Positions 1 to 11,199 of a stretch of 64,000 nt of DNA are shown here, in pieces. How positions within the stretch are numbered: the first letter of the stretch is position 1; every line of letters starts with the position of its first letter. This DNA is from Monocercomonoides exilis PA203 (Eukaryota > Protista > Preaxostyla): positions 124,001-188,000 of the forward strand of contig LSRY02000018.1 of the NCBI GenBank assembly GCA_001643675.2, in the 5' to 3' direction. The notes under the pieces were generated by a model that saw nothing but the letters and a program-made list of their open reading frames with translations, did no database searches and was not told where the DNA came from. The position numbers and the translations under genes are program-made.

Positions 1-2
1 CG

Positions 3-33
<31 letters not shown>

Positions 34-122
34 CCTCTCCTTCATCCACAAATAACTCCTTCTTTGATATCTCTCATATTGTCCCGTGCAATTCTGGGTG
101 TGAGCCTCTTTCGATTGTTGAG

Positions 123-3100
123 ATGGATGGCATATTCATCCAAGTCATATGGCACAACTCACACCATCGTTACTTCCCTTTCTCATGTGAGTCAAACGGA
201 AATGAAGAAAGAGAAGAAAGAGAAGGAGAAGAAGATATAAAAGAAGAGAAAGAAGAAGAAGGCGAAATTTTAATGAAAAAGGAAAATTCATGCCATATTG
301 AAGATGTTGATTCTTTGTGTTCTTCTTCTTCTTCTTCTTCTTCTTCATTTCCACAAAATGATAACAAAACGAACCAACAATCAAATTCGACGATTATTTC
401 AAAAGAACAACAGAAATATCTTCAATTTCTTAGCAAATATCTTCCTTTTATCAACATTTTGAAATCGCTTGCAAATTCTTCTTCTTCTTCAATCAACAAA
501 GTAATTAAAACTTTTCAAAACATTTTTCATCATCTTCCCCAATTTCATTCTCTTCTTTTTTCTTCTTCTTCCTCTTCTTCCTCTTTCTCTTCTCCTCATC
601 TTCCTCCTCTTCCTCCTCTTCCTCTTCCCTCTCCCACTTTCCTTTCCCCCAATCTTCCCCTCATCTCCCTCTCCTTCAATGATTATTTCATCTCCAATCT
701 CTTTTGCCTCTCTTCCTTCCAACACTCCATCCTGCCCCACCAAACCCGCTCTGCTTTGCTCGAATCTCTTCGTATTCCTCTTTTCCCCCTCCCCTTTTCA
801 CACAGAAAACTTTCTCCTTCTTTCGTTTTGGCCACAAAAAGACTCATTTGCGAGCGTTGTTTCAGTGCTGGCTTTCGAACAGGAATGTTCTTTGATGCCG
901 AAGAATACGAAGTGTTTGTGAGAATCGCTGCGAAATCGTATGGATCGAAGGAGAGTTTGTGTTCGCGCTTTGGAGAGGAATGGGAGAGAGGAGAAGGAGA
1001 AGAGGAGGAGGAGGATGAGGGAGAAGGAGAAGAGAGAGAAGGAGAGGGAGAAGGAGAAGAAGACAATGAATGGGGAGGAAGAAGCCAAACTGACTGGAAA
1101 ACAGGGAGATTTCTGAAAAGCAGCCAGAAAGAGAGGATGGAAGAGGACGAGATGGAAGATTGGACAAAGAATTATCGAGGCGATGGGCAAAGCGAAGGAA
1201 GAAGTGTGTTTTCGAATTGGGAGAAGATGCATCCCTATCAGAATGAGAAGTACTCAGCTGTTGTGAAGACAGTTGTGCAGTGTGTGGGAGTGAATGAGTG
1301 GAGAGGAAGAGGAAAGAAAAGAGGAGGAGAAAGAGGAGAAAGAGGAGAAGAAGAAGATTGTATGCAACAGAATAACAATATGCATTCAAGTGCGACTTCA
1401 TCATCAAGTCTTTCTCCTTCATTGCCATTACAAGCATCATCTTCCTCTTCTTCCTCCTCCTCCCCTCATCCTTCCACTCTCTTTCTCAATGTCGAATCAG
1501 ATGGAAGAGTAAGCCAAACATATGTCCCTTCTTCTCTTTCTTCTCAAAATGGCTTGATTGTTGTGGGTGACTTGCATGGCAACTTAACAGCACTTCTGAG
1601 TGTTCTGGAAGTTGTTGATCGATTTCTGCTGACAGATGAATTAGAAGATGAGTGGGAGATGAATGAAAAATGTAATCCTTTGTGTTCTTCTTCTCTTTCT
1701 CCTCCTTCATCTTCTTCCTTCTCCCCCGAAATACCAACCAACAACCCCCAAACCTCCCCTTCCTCTTCCTCTTTACCTTCCCCTTCCCCCTCATTCCCTC
1801 GTCTCCCTCGTCTCCCCCACTCTTCTGTAGTCTTTCTGGGTGATTATATCGACAGAGGTGTACATTCACTCGAAGTGATTGTTCTTCTTCTGATGTATCG
1901 GATGATGTGTCCCAGCCGCATTTTCCTGCTGAGAGGCAATCACGAGGCAATGAGGCCGGGAATGAATGCAGAACTGGCAGAGGTGGTGAAGATGTACAAA
2001 GAGTGCTATAATTCTGAGGGTGATGGAGGTTGTGGTGGCGGTGGTTCTGATTATTATTCTGGTTCTAATTATTCTTCTAATAATTCTACTTATTCTTCTA
2101 GTTATTCCTCTTGTTATTCCTCTCCTTCTTCATTTTCTCCTTCTCCTTCTTCTCTTTCTTCTTATTCCTCCTTAGCCATCGCCTCATTCAATCAACCCAA
2201 CACTGCTTTTTCTCTTCATAGGTGCTTTTTCGACATGTGTGTCACAACAAGCGAAAGAAAAGGCAACTGGCAAGCTTTTCAGCCAAATTCCAATCAATTC
2301 CAAGAGAGAGAAAGAGAAGAAAGAGAACGGATGAAGATTAGAAGAAGAGAAATCGAGTTATATTTGTTGACGGTTGATTTGTTTCGTTATTTGCCTTTGT
2401 CTACCATTGTTACTCTGCAATCAGCCACAAAACATGTTGTTCCAATGAAATTTCATGCAAACGCTCAAAAATCAAGTGTTGAAACAACTTCTCCTCCTCC
2501 TCCTTCTTCCTATTTTTCTTCTCTTCCTCCTCTTCTTTCTTCTTTCTCCTCATCCTCTTCTTGTTTTCTTCCATTCTTTTCGAAAAAATGTCTTCTTTCT
2601 CCAAACACCTCTTCATTTGTGGAGGCGGTTGAATCATCTTCTATTCTCTCTGATGAGTCGGTCAGAAGAATTGACTCAGATTCTGCTCAATTTGATGGAT
2701 TGAGCGTGCAATCACCTCTTTCTTCTTCTTCTTCTTCTGTTGCTTCTGTTACTTCTTCAAATACTTCTTCTTCTTCTTCTTTTCTCTCCCCTTCTTCTCC
2801 TTCTCCTTCCTCTTCATCGTCCTCTTCTTCCTCCTCTTCCTCCTCCTCCTCTTCTTCCTCCTCCTCCTCTTCCTCCTCCTCCTCCTCTTCCTCCTCCTCC
2901 TCCTCTTCTTCTTCTTTTCCTTCAAATTTCATTTCGAACACTTCAAATTTCTCCCTTTCGCCTTCAACTTCTGTTTATCCATCTCATTCTGCAATTCATT
3001 CTTCTCTTCATATCACCTCTTCCCCTAATTGTTCTTCCTCTTCCTCTTCTTCTCCTTCTCTTTCTTCCTTTCCCTCTCAAATTCATCCATTAGACAAGAA

Positions 3101-6100
3101 AAATGAGCTTTTTTCTCCTTTTTCTGGTGTTTTTCCATTTGAAAAGCAGACTTTCATTCGAAAAAGGCAAAAAATTGACAGAAATTTGATTAATCACAAA
3201 AAAATAAAGAAGAAACAAAGAAAATATTCATCATCATCATCTTCTTCTTCATTTTATATGAATCAAAATCATCATCAGCATCTTCATCGACATCTTCCAC
3301 GTAAATTTGTCAGAGCTCATAAGAAATCAAATTATTCTTCGATTTCATCATCATCATCTTCTTCTTCTTCCTCTTCTTCTCTTTTAAATTCCAAAGATGA
3401 TATTTGCGTAAATTCTTCCTTTTTCTCAGAAAAAGTAAAGAGATTGCATTCTGAAGTGTTTTCTTCAAACAACAGAAAAATTCATTTTCTTCCTCAAAAA
3501 ATGAAAATTTTGAAAGAAAAACCGAAATTTCAAACAGAAAAAACAATTTTTTCTGATTTTTCTGCTTTTTCTTCTTCAAATTCGATGAAAAAAACGGAAT
3601 CATTAGACGAATCAGAGCAATTTAGCAACAAATCAACATTTAACATTGATAATTCTCCTTCTCCTCCTCCTCCTCCTTCATCTTTTGCCTCTTCTTCATC
3701 AAATTCTTCTTCTTATTCCTCCTCCTCCTCTTCTTCTTTTGATCCCATAAATTCACAAAGAATTGCAAAAAATGTGTTTTTAGCTTCAATTCGTGTGTTT
3801 CCCTGCTGTTTCAGTTCAATCTGCTCTCATTTCATTCAACAAGATAAACATTCATCTTCTTCTTCATCGTCATCTTCTTCTTTCTCTTCTATTAATTCTT
3901 CTTCAAATTCTTCTTCATCATCATCAAATTCATCATCAAATATATCTTCTTCTCCTTCTTCTTCTTCTTCTTCTTCTTCTTCTTCTTCTTCTTCTCCTCC
4001 TCCTCCTCCTCCTCCTCCTCCTCCTCCTCCTTCTTCTTCTTCTTCTTCTTCTTCTTCTTCTTCTTCTCTTTCTTCTTCAACAAACTTCTTTTCTTCTCAT
4101 TTCAGAAAGCGCTGTCGATGTTATGTGTGTGGAACAATTAGAGCCATTTTGAATGCTTCTTCTCAAAAAGATAGAAAATTCATCTTTAAATCAGTTCAAA
4201 AGGGGGAAGAAGAAGAGGAAGAGGAAGAAGAAGAAGAGAAAATGGATGAAATGAGAAAGGAAGAAGAAGGAAATGAAAAAAGAGAAAGAGAAGAAGAAAG
4301 AGAAGAGGAAGAAGAAGAAGAAGAAGAATTGAATGATAATTGTGCCAGCAATGTTGTCAATGAAGATTGTGTGTTTGTTGACTGCCACAGATGCCATTTG
4401 TGTGGCGAATGTTCTATTCATCCGCCTCTCATCTATTCTGATTCTTCTCTTTCTCTTTCTTCTTCTTCTTCCTCTTCTTCTTCCTTTTCTCCATCAATCT
4501 CTTCATCGTTTGCTTCTTCTCCTTCTCCTTCTTCTCTTTCTTCTCTATCAACATCTTCTTCTCCTTCTTCTTTCCCCTCTTCCTTTTCCTTATCTTCTTC
4601 TCCTCCCTTATGCTGCCCTTGCCCTTGCCACCTCCAAAATTCCTCTCGTCTTCTCAATTGCTTCGTTTCTGATTCTGTTTCTCTTCTTCTTTCTTTGCAA
4701 CATCCTTCTCTTTCTCATATTTATTCAAGTCTTCCTCTTCTTCCTCTTCCTCATTCTTCTCTTTCTCCTTCCTCTCCTTCTCTTCCTTCTTGTTCTCAAT
4801 CTCCTTCTCTTCATCTTTCTCCTTCTCTTTCTCCTTCTCTTTCTTCTCCAATCATTTTCAACCCTTCTTCACCCGTCAATAATCCAACCTCTTCTTCCAT
4901 CTTTTCATCTTCTTCTCCTTCTTCTCCTTCTTCTCCTTCTTCTCCTTCTTCTTCTTCAAATTCTCTTCTTTGTTCTCATTTTTCAAATTTTCAAAGATTT
5001 TCTAGTTTTCCTTGTCTGTCTTCTTCAAATGAAGGACATTTTTCTGTTGTTAATGCGTCATCAGGGATATGGTTGTGTGAAAGAAACATAAATGAATTAT
5101 GTTCAATCAACAAAAAAAGAGGAAAAGAAGAAGAGAACAAGAAAAACAAGAATAGCAAGAATAACAAGAATAACAAGAATAACAAGAATAACAAGAATAA
5201 CAAGAATAACAAGAATAACAAGAAAAATAAGAAAAATAAGATAAAATCAAGAATAAATCAGAAAAACAAGAATTTGAAGAATTTTGAGGGTTTAAAGAGT
5301 TTTGAGAATTATAAAAAGAAAAATAGGATAAAACATGGAGATATTTGGAATGAACATGGGAGAAGGAAAAGATGGTTAATGGAAGATGAAGAAAAGAACA
5401 TGAAGAATAATTTATTTGAAGAAAGCAAAAAACATAAAGAAGAAGAAGAAGAAGAAGAAGAAGAAGAAGAAGAAGAAAATGAAAGCGAAGGAAACAGTTC
5501 AAATGGAGAAGAGAGTGAAGATTCTGTGATTCATTTGAGAAGGAATGAGAAGGAAGAAGAAAGAGGAGGGGAAGAAAGAAGCGAAGAAGAAGAAGAAGGA
5601 GAAGATGATGATGATGAAAGTTATTGCTTGGAAGATGATTCGTGTGAAAATTCAGAATTGTCAAACAGACAAGAAGAGGAAGAGGAAGAAGAAGGAGAAG
5701 AAGAAGAAGAAGGAGAAACGGAGGAAGAAGAGGAAGAAGAAGATAGAAATTCATATTTGAGTTTGAGCTATAGAAACAATACAGATGGTCCTTCATTAAT
5801 CGACAACAAATTGTCATCATCATCATCTTCTTCTTTCTCCTCCTCTTCCTCTTCCTCTTCCTCTCCCTCCCCCTCCCCCTCTTCTTTCCTCCATCCAACA
5901 GATTCTTCTATTTATTCGTCTAATCCTCATCTGTGTCAGCATTTCCAGACACTCACACCAACAAGAAATGGAATGAAAAATCATCTTTCAAATGAAAATG
6001 AGCAAATTGGAAATTCAAATAGACTAAATTCTTCTTCTTCAATGAATTCTTCATCTTCTCCTTCTCCTTCTCCTTCTTCTCAATCTCCTTCTCTATCATC

Positions 6101-8240
6101 ATCTTCTCCCTCCTCTTTCTCCTCTTCTTTTGCTTCTTCTCCTCCTCCTCCTCCTTATCCTCCTCCTCCTCCTTCTTCTTCTTCTTCATATCTTTGCACA
6201 GAAAGCAATCATCCATCAAATATTTCATCTTTCTCTTTTATTTCTACATCTCGTTGCTTTCTCTCTCTTTGTTCTCTTCTTCCTCTCCAAAATTCACAGA
6301 TTTTCGCTGCTCCTTCACCTTTTCGCCCTCTTTTCTTGCTTTTCTGTGATAATTCTGTATTTTGTGGAGAACTTTCATTGAATTCTTCTTCTTCTTCATA
6401 TTCTTCATCAAATTCCTCTTCTTCTTTATCTTCTTCTTCTTCTTCACCTTCTCCTTCTCCTTCTCCTTCTTCTCCCTCTTCTTCTCCCTCTTCTTCATTC
6501 ACTCATCATTTCCTCTCTATCAATTCTGAGAGAAGAATCGTTCTTCTTCACGGCGGAATCCCACAAAACGATTTTTTCTCTGATTTTTCTCAATTTTACC
6601 CTTCAAATTCTTCGAATTCATCATCATCATCATCTTCTTCTTCTTCTTCTTCTTCTTCTCTTCCTTCTTACAAACAAACTTCAAATAAACCAAAAGAATT
6701 GCAAAAATTCAACAATTTCAATGAAATCAATAAAAACAATCGAATCAATAGAATCAAACAATTCTTTGTGTATGATGATATTTCACCATTTGAGCAGTTG
6801 ATGTCACTTATGCCTCCAACAGACACAGAAATGGAAATTTTTGAAGAGAAATGGAAGCAAATGAAGAAGAATATGATGAGAAGAAGAAGAAGAAGAAGAG
6901 GAAGAGGAAGAGGAATAGAAGGAGAGGAAGAAGGGAATTATTTGGAGAATGATTATTATAATTGTGGAGAAAGGGAAAAAGAAGAAGAAGAAGAGAAAGA
7001 GGAAGAGAAAAATGTGAAATGGAAGAGGGTTGTCGATGTTTTAGCGCCATGTTATCCAAATATCCTTCATTATTCATCATTTTTTCCTTCTTCCTTATCT
7101 TCTTCTCTTCCTTCTTCTTCTTCTGTTCCTTCATCTCTTTCTCTTCCTCCTCCTTCTTTTATTCTTCTTCCCTCTCTTTCCCTCTCTTCATCCCACCTTC
7201 GCTCCCTTCTCTTCTCCATTCTCTGGAGTGATCCATTCATCTTCTCTTCTTCCTCTTCTTCTTCTTCTTCCTCATCATCATCATCTTCTTCTTCTTCTTC
7301 CTCTTCCTCTTCCTCACGCCCTTCCTTCTCCCCCTCCCAATCCCTCCATTTTTGCCATTCCAACCGCATCAATCTGATTGTGAGGGGACACGAAGTGGCA
7401 GACAAGGGACTCGTTCTGTCGCATTCAGAGAGAGTGGCAACGGTATTCTCTTCATTCAACTACGAGGGCATGGACAACACTGCTGGGGTGGTGGTGATGT
7501 CGTTTGAAGAGGAAGAGGAAGGAGGAGGGGGAGAAGAGGGAGGAGGAGGAGAGGAAAGGGAAGGAGAAAGAGAAAGAGGAGAGAGAGAGGAAAGAGAAGA
7601 AGAAGAAGAAGATATTGGGTTAATGCCGTTATCTTTGTTATCAATGCCTTCTTCTTCTGCTGCTGCTTATTCTTCTTCAATAAATTCGATATTTTCTTCC
7701 AATTTCCTTCAAAATCTCAGTTTTGTCTCAAAAATCTCTTCATTTTTGCTCCATTCGAACTTATTTGACATAATTGACACAAAACTTGACTGGATTCATT
7801 CAATTTCAAACGCCATTGGCGAAAGAAATGAACTGAAACAGCTGCTTTCTGAGCGAATTCCGACTTCTCTTTCGAATAAAACACCTTCTCCAATGAATAA
7901 CAGCCTTATTCAACATTCTTCTCCTTCTGTTGATATGACTGATGAATTGGATGAGAAGAAGAAATTGTGTGGATCTGGGGGTAAAAGGGGGATAACTGCT
8001 GACGATGTGATTGTGTTGGGAAAGATGGGAATGGATGGTGTCCTGGATGTACCTTTGGGCTTGGCAAGAAATGGGAAAGATTTAGATAGAATTTCGAGTT
8101 TTAAGTATGATTACATTCCGTTTTTCACAATCAGATTAATTCGTTTGGGTCCACTATCTGCAATGACGCAGACGAATGATCAGTCTTATTTTATGTTTTT
8201 TGAATCTATTTTTTCGTCATTAACCAAATGTTTTAAATGA
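123..8240 (+). CDS. Giant PPP-family Ser/Thr protein phosphatase (calcineurin-like metallophosphoesterase) with large low-complexity insertions; probably 5'-incomplete
   Basis: All PPP motifs occur in order: GDLHG (~1566), GDYIDRG (~1839), LRGNHE (~1930), HGG (~6549), LWSDP (~7221), IVRGHE (~7377), TVFSSFNY. The frame is open back to position 3, so the true start is probably upstream of the window. Confidence 0.9.
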   Translation: MDGIFIQVIWHNSHHRYFPFSCESNGNEEREEREGEEDIKEEKEEEGEILMKKENSCHIEDVDSLCSSSSSSSSSFPQNDNKTNQQSNSTIISKEQQKYLQFLSKYLPFINILKSLANSSSSSINKVIKTFQNIFHHLPQFHSLLFSSSSSSSSFSSPHLPPLPPLPLPSPTFLSPNLPLISLSFNDYFISNLFCLSSFQHSILPHQTRSALLESLRIPLFPLPFSHRKLSPSFVLATKRLICERCFSAGFRTGMFFDAEEYEVFVRIAAKSYGSKESLCSRFGEEWERGEGEEEEEDEGEGEEREGEGEGEEDNEWGGRSQTDWKTGRFLKSSQKERMEEDEMEDWTKNYRGDGQSEGRSVFSNWEKMHPYQNEKYSAVVKTVVQCVGVNEWRGRGKKRGGERGERGEEEDCMQQNNNMHSSATSSSSLSPSLPLQASSSSSSSSSPHPSTLFLNVESDGRVSQTYVPSSLSSQNGLIVVGDLHGNLTALLSVLEVVDRFLLTDELEDEWEMNEKCNPLCSSSLSPPSSSSFSPEIPTNNPQTSPSSSSLPSPSPSFPRLPRLPHSSVVFLGDYIDRGVHSLEVIVLLLMYRMMCPSRIFLLRGNHEAMRPGMNAELAEVVKMYKECYNSEGDGGCGGGGSDYYSGSNYSSNNSTYSSSYSSCYSSPSSFSPSPSSLSSYSSLAIASFNQPNTAFSLHRCFFDMCVTTSERKGNWQAFQPNSNQFQEREREERERMKIRRREIELYLLTVDLFRYLPLSTIVTLQSATKHVVPMKFHANAQKSSVETTSPPPPSSYFSSLPPLLSSFSSSSSCFLPFFSKKCLLSPNTSSFVEAVESSSILSDESVRRIDSDSAQFDGLSVQSPLSSSSSSVASVTSSNTSSSSSFLSPSSPSPSSSSSSSSSSSSSSSSSSSSSSSSSSSSSSSSSSSSFPSNFISNTSNFSLSPSTSVYPSHSAIHSSLHITSSPNCSSSSSSSPSLSSFPSQIHPLDKKNELFSPFSGVFPFEKQTFIRKRQKIDRNLINHKKIKKKQRKYSSSSSSSSFYMNQNHHQHLHRHLPRKFVRAHKKSNYSSISSSSSSSSSSSSLLNSKDDICVNSSFFSEKVKRLHSEVFSSNNRKIHFLPQKMKILKEKPKFQTEKTIFSDFSAFSSSNSMKKTESLDESEQFSNKSTFNIDNSPSPPPPPSSFASSSSNSSSYSSSSSSSFDPINSQRIAKNVFLASIRVFPCCFSSICSHFIQQDKHSSSSSSSSSSFSSINSSSNSSSSSSNSSSNISSSPSSSSSSSSSSSSSPPPPPPPPPPPPSSSSSSSSSSSSLSSSTNFFSSHFRKRCRCYVCGTIRAILNASSQKDRKFIFKSVQKGEEEEEEEEEEEKMDEMRKEEEGNEKREREEEREEEEEEEEELNDNCASNVVNEDCVFVDCHRCHLCGECSIHPPLIYSDSSLSLSSSSSSSSSFSPSISSSFASSPSPSSLSSLSTSSSPSSFPSSFSLSSSPPLCCPCPCHLQNSSRLLNCFVSDSVSLLLSLQHPSLSHIYSSLPLLPLPHSSLSPSSPSLPSCSQSPSLHLSPSLSPSLSSPIIFNPSSPVNNPTSSSIFSSSSPSSPSSPSSPSSSSNSLLCSHFSNFQRFSSFPCLSSSNEGHFSVVNASSGIWLCERNINELCSINKKRGKEEENKKNKNSKNNKNNKNNKNNKNNKNNKNNKKNKKNKIKSRINQKNKNLKNFEGLKSFENYKKKNRIKHGDIWNEHGRRKRWLMEDEEKNMKNNLFEESKKHKEEEEEEEEEEEEENESEGNSSNGEESEDSVIHLRRNEKEEERGGEERSEEEEEGEDDDDESYCLEDDSCENSELSNRQEEEEEEEGEEEEEGETEEEEEEEDRNSYLSLSYRNNTDGPSLIDNKLSSSSSSSFSSSSSSSSSPSPSPSSFLHPTDSSIYSSNPHLCQHFQTLTPTRNGMKNHLSNENEQIGNSNRLNSSSSMNSSSSPSPSPSSQSPSLSSSSPSSFSSSFASSPPPPPYPPPPPSSSSSYLCTESNHPSNISSFSFISTSRCFLSLCSLLPLQNSQIFAAPSPFRPLFLLFCDNSVFCGELSLNSSSSSYSSSNSSSSLSSSSSSPSPSPSPSSPSSSPSSSFTHHFLSINSERRIVLLHGGIPQNDFFSDFSQFYPSNSSNSSSSSSSSSSSSSSLPSYKQTSNKPKELQKFNNFNEINKNNRINRIKQFFVYDDISPFEQLMSLMPPTDTEMEIFEEKWKQMKKNMMRRRRRRRGRGRGIEGEEEGNYLENDYYNCGEREKEEEEEKEEEKNVKWKRVVDVLAPCYPNILHYSSFFPSSLSSSLPSSSSVPSSLSLPPPSFILLPSLSLSSSHLRSLLFSILWSDPFIFSSSSSSSSSSSSSSSSSSSSSSSSRPSFSPSQSLHFCHSNRINLIVRGHEVADKGLVLSHSERVATVFSSFNYEGMDNTAGVVVMSFEEEEEGGGGEEGGGGEEREGERERGEREEREEEEEDIGLMPLSLLSMPSSSAAAYSSSINSIFSSNFLQNLSFVSKISSFLLHSNLFDIIDTKLDWIHSISNAIGERNELKQLLSERIPTSLSNKTPSPMNNSLIQHSSPSVDMTDELDEKKKLCGSGGKRGITADDVIVLGKMGMDGVLDVPLGLARNGKDLDRISSFKYDYIPFFTIRLIRLGPLSAMTQTNDQSYFMFFESIFSSLTKCFK
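5160..5222 (+). repeat. (AATAACAAG)x7 coding minisatellite encoding NNK repeats
   Basis: Seven exact 9-bp units with degenerate flanking units, inside the phosphatase ORF. Confidence 0.9.
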
Positions 8241-8395
8241 TATGAATGATTTAATTTTTTTTCATTTTCAGATCTTCAAGAACCAAAATATTTTCGAAAT
8301 CTTATTTTGGAAGTTCAAAATTCAACTGTTTTACAGATTTACCAAATTTTTTCAACTGTGAAATTTTTATTTATTTTTGAGGATAATAAAGTGCA

Positions 8396-10000
8396 ATGCA
8401 AAGTGATATGAATTCTGCATTGTACACACAGCAAGGAGAAGATTCATTCAACGAACAGGAAGATTTCTTTTCTCCAATTTATCTTCAGAACTTTCCTTCT
8501 TCTGAATATGATCAAAAAGACTCAAGTCAAATTGGTTCTTTTATATGTTCAGAAAAGGGTTTTTCATCGCTTGGATCTTCGCCAGATTCAGTTATATACA
8601 TTGATCCATCTCCAAACTTTTTGTGTTCTGCAACTTCAAAATCTGCAATAAATGCAAAACTTGCATGGGAAATTCAAAGGCCATTATTTTTTGAAGAAAG
8701 ACTGAACACAACAACAGTCAGAAAAGCTGGAAAAGTTGTGTTTTACATCGCCCAATGCTGTTTATTGAGAAGTTCTTTATCTTCATCGAGGAAGAAAGCT
8801 AACATCATAAGTTGCCGAGCATGCAAAACACATCCTTTACGTCAGATTTGCATGTTCCTCCCACATACAAGAATTATTTTAGGAAATCCAAGAAATAGTG
8901 AAGCAATGTTTGCACATGAAATTTATAAGGTTCTTCGAGCTTTTCAAAAAGACATTTACATTCGCGAATGTGAACTTGTAAATGGGCTTATATTATTTGA
9001 AAGAGTTGGACTTACTCATTGCTGCTGCTTAGGGAAACGTGTGGATAGGGTTTGGATCATTACAGTTCTTGTTGTGTGCTTGTTGCTTGGTTACAAAAGT
9101 TGCGTTGACAGGCCATTACCCAAAGGAACTGTAAGCGATCTATTTTTATTGGGAATTGATGAATTGAGAGAGTTAGAAACGGTTATATTGGATTATTTGT
9201 GTTGGGATGTATCAGTCAGTATATCTGAATATGTGAACCTTCTAAAGAGAGTTCATAATGAGAATGAAAAAGAAATCATCAATGAAGAAAAACAAACTGG
9301 AAACGCTAACAAAGTTGTTCGCACTCATAAGCGAACTCAAAAGTTCGTTGAAGCATACGGTACATCTCCGATTCGCGCTTCATTTGCCTCAATGCGGTCA
9401 AAGAGAATTTCCTCAAGACATGGAAGGGAATCTGCCTCTTCATCATCGTCGTATTATTCTTATTCTTCTTATTCTTCACCATCAGACAGAGATTGTGCTC
9501 TATTATCTGATGTTTATGAGCGACGATCGCCATTCCATTTTGTTCATTCTCCTGGATGCGTTAATTCTAGCGAGAAAGATAAATTTTCAGAAAAGAATTG
9601 CATCAACGGAAATGAGGAATGTGAATGCAATGATCGTTTGCGTTCTGATCGAGGTTCATTCTGCGATAAAAATACTCAGTCTTTTCTATCGGGAAAAGTG
9701 AACTCAAATTCGATTAGTTCCGAGAAGGGACACTTGGGTGAGAACTGTTATTTAAATGATTCTCCATTCAATTCTTTTGATGAACAATTTGAAACAGGAG
9801 TGAAAGGGGAGAAAACGGCAAAATGTGCAACAGATAGAGATCGAAAAGCCGGTTATTGCTTAGCAGAACCACAAAACCTGGAGAATTCTTGTTTGAGCGG
9901 AAAAGGAAAATGGAAACTCGAAGGGAAGATGGAAGGAAAAGAAAGAGCTGGGGGAAAATCGAAAGGAAAAGGCAAAGGAAAAGATACGTCAAATGGCTAA
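8396..10000 (+). CDS. Cyclin-box protein, Pho80/cyclin P/U-like
   Basis: The segment ECELVNGLILFERV...VLVVCLLLGYKSCVD...LGIDELRELETVILDYLCWDVSVSISEY matches the cyclin N-box pattern (L.LA.K..D ... ELN.LE..FL..L.W.L.V....Y). Confidence 0.75.
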   Translation: MQSDMNSALYTQQGEDSFNEQEDFFSPIYLQNFPSSEYDQKDSSQIGSFICSEKGFSSLGSSPDSVIYIDPSPNFLCSATSKSAINAKLAWEIQRPLFFEERLNTTTVRKAGKVVFYIAQCCLLRSSLSSSRKKANIISCRACKTHPLRQICMFLPHTRIILGNPRNSEAMFAHEIYKVLRAFQKDIYIRECELVNGLILFERVGLTHCCCLGKRVDRVWIITVLVVCLLLGYKSCVDRPLPKGTVSDLFLLGIDELRELETVILDYLCWDVSVSISEYVNLLKRVHNENEKEIINEEKQTGNANKVVRTHKRTQKFVEAYGTSPIRASFASMRSKRISSRHGRESASSSSSYYSYSSYSSPSDRDCALLSDVYERRSPFHFVHSPGCVNSSEKDKFSEKNCINGNEECECNDRLRSDRGSFCDKNTQSFLSGKVNSNSISSEKGHLGENCYLNDSPFNSFDEQFETGVKGEKTAKCATDRDRKAGYCLAEPQNLENSCLSGKGKWKLEGKMEGKERAGGKSKGKGKGKDTSNG

Positions 10001-11168
10001 AAAGAAAAGTAACGAAATGAAATTCAAGAATTTATTGATTATTTCGAAAAAAATACTGTTGAAATACATAATAACATTACATGTTATTGAGATGAATGAA
10101 AAGGATTCGCATAGATGAAATATTAAACAATTACTGCTTGAGCAGTAAGGTGAAATTTATGAATGATGCGAAATATTCAAAAAAAAAAAAATATTTGGAA
10201 ATCTGTTCTAATTAATTCATTTAACGAATTCTTTCAAACTAATGACATGATGGCTTAAAAAGCGAAAGATAGAATTTGTGAAAAGAACAATTTCTGAAAC
10301 AACTTTTTATTTGAATTGGGAAAAAAAGAAGCAGATTGATGATATTGGTGCATTTTATTCTTTAAAGGAGCATAAAAGAGGAATGATGAAAGGAATAATT
10401 TTTAAAGCATGAGATCATATCACCACCCATGCGTGTATCATGTGAGTATTATTCATATTTTTATTTTCCAATTTTTCTGATGCAAATATCATAATTATGG
10501 TTGTAATTTGTTAACTTTTATTTTTATATGAGTTTATTTTGAATTGTGAAGAGATGAAGATTTTATTATTATTTTATTGTTTAGTTTTATTCATTTTTTT
10601 TTTCCCATTAATTTGTGCCTTTTTTGCATTTCTGGAAAATTTTTTTGTCCTCATTGGTTTGTTTATTTTGATTAACGTTGTGCCAATTTGGCTTGATTGA
10701 TGTTTTCTTCGAGTAGAATGTCTTTGGTTGCTTTGATGAATGCAGCAAATTAGCCATGTTGCATGATTTATCAACTGCCAGAGAATTGTTTTGTGAATGA
10801 TTTGAATTTCTGATATTTTTATTTTTGAATATTTGCATAATAAAAAAATTTGGCATTTTGTACGTTAGTGATATGATACAATTTCTTGTTTTGACAATTT
10901 GGCATCGTTTTTTTAATTCAGAAAATCTTTAATTTTTTGTTTTGTTTTATTTTTTTTTTTTAGAAAATATTGCGAATGAGTTTTCGTCTGCTATTGTAGA
11001 TGAAATGTGAATTTAAATTTTTATTCACGGTACAAAGTTGATTAAAGTGAAGTTAATGATTATTTGCATAAGCAATGTATTTTCAAATAAGCGCACTTCG
11101 TTTGAAAAAGCTTAACCTCATTTAAGATCCTGATTTTTTTGAAGAAACATTATCTTACACAATATTGC

Positions 11169-11199
<31 letters not shown>

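Noticed and set aside
145-7680. Numerous poly-Leu/poly-Lys/poly-Glu ORFs in alternative frames (also 56648-57215)
   Set aside because: Shadow frames of (TCT)n, (GAA)n and (TCA)n coding repeats.
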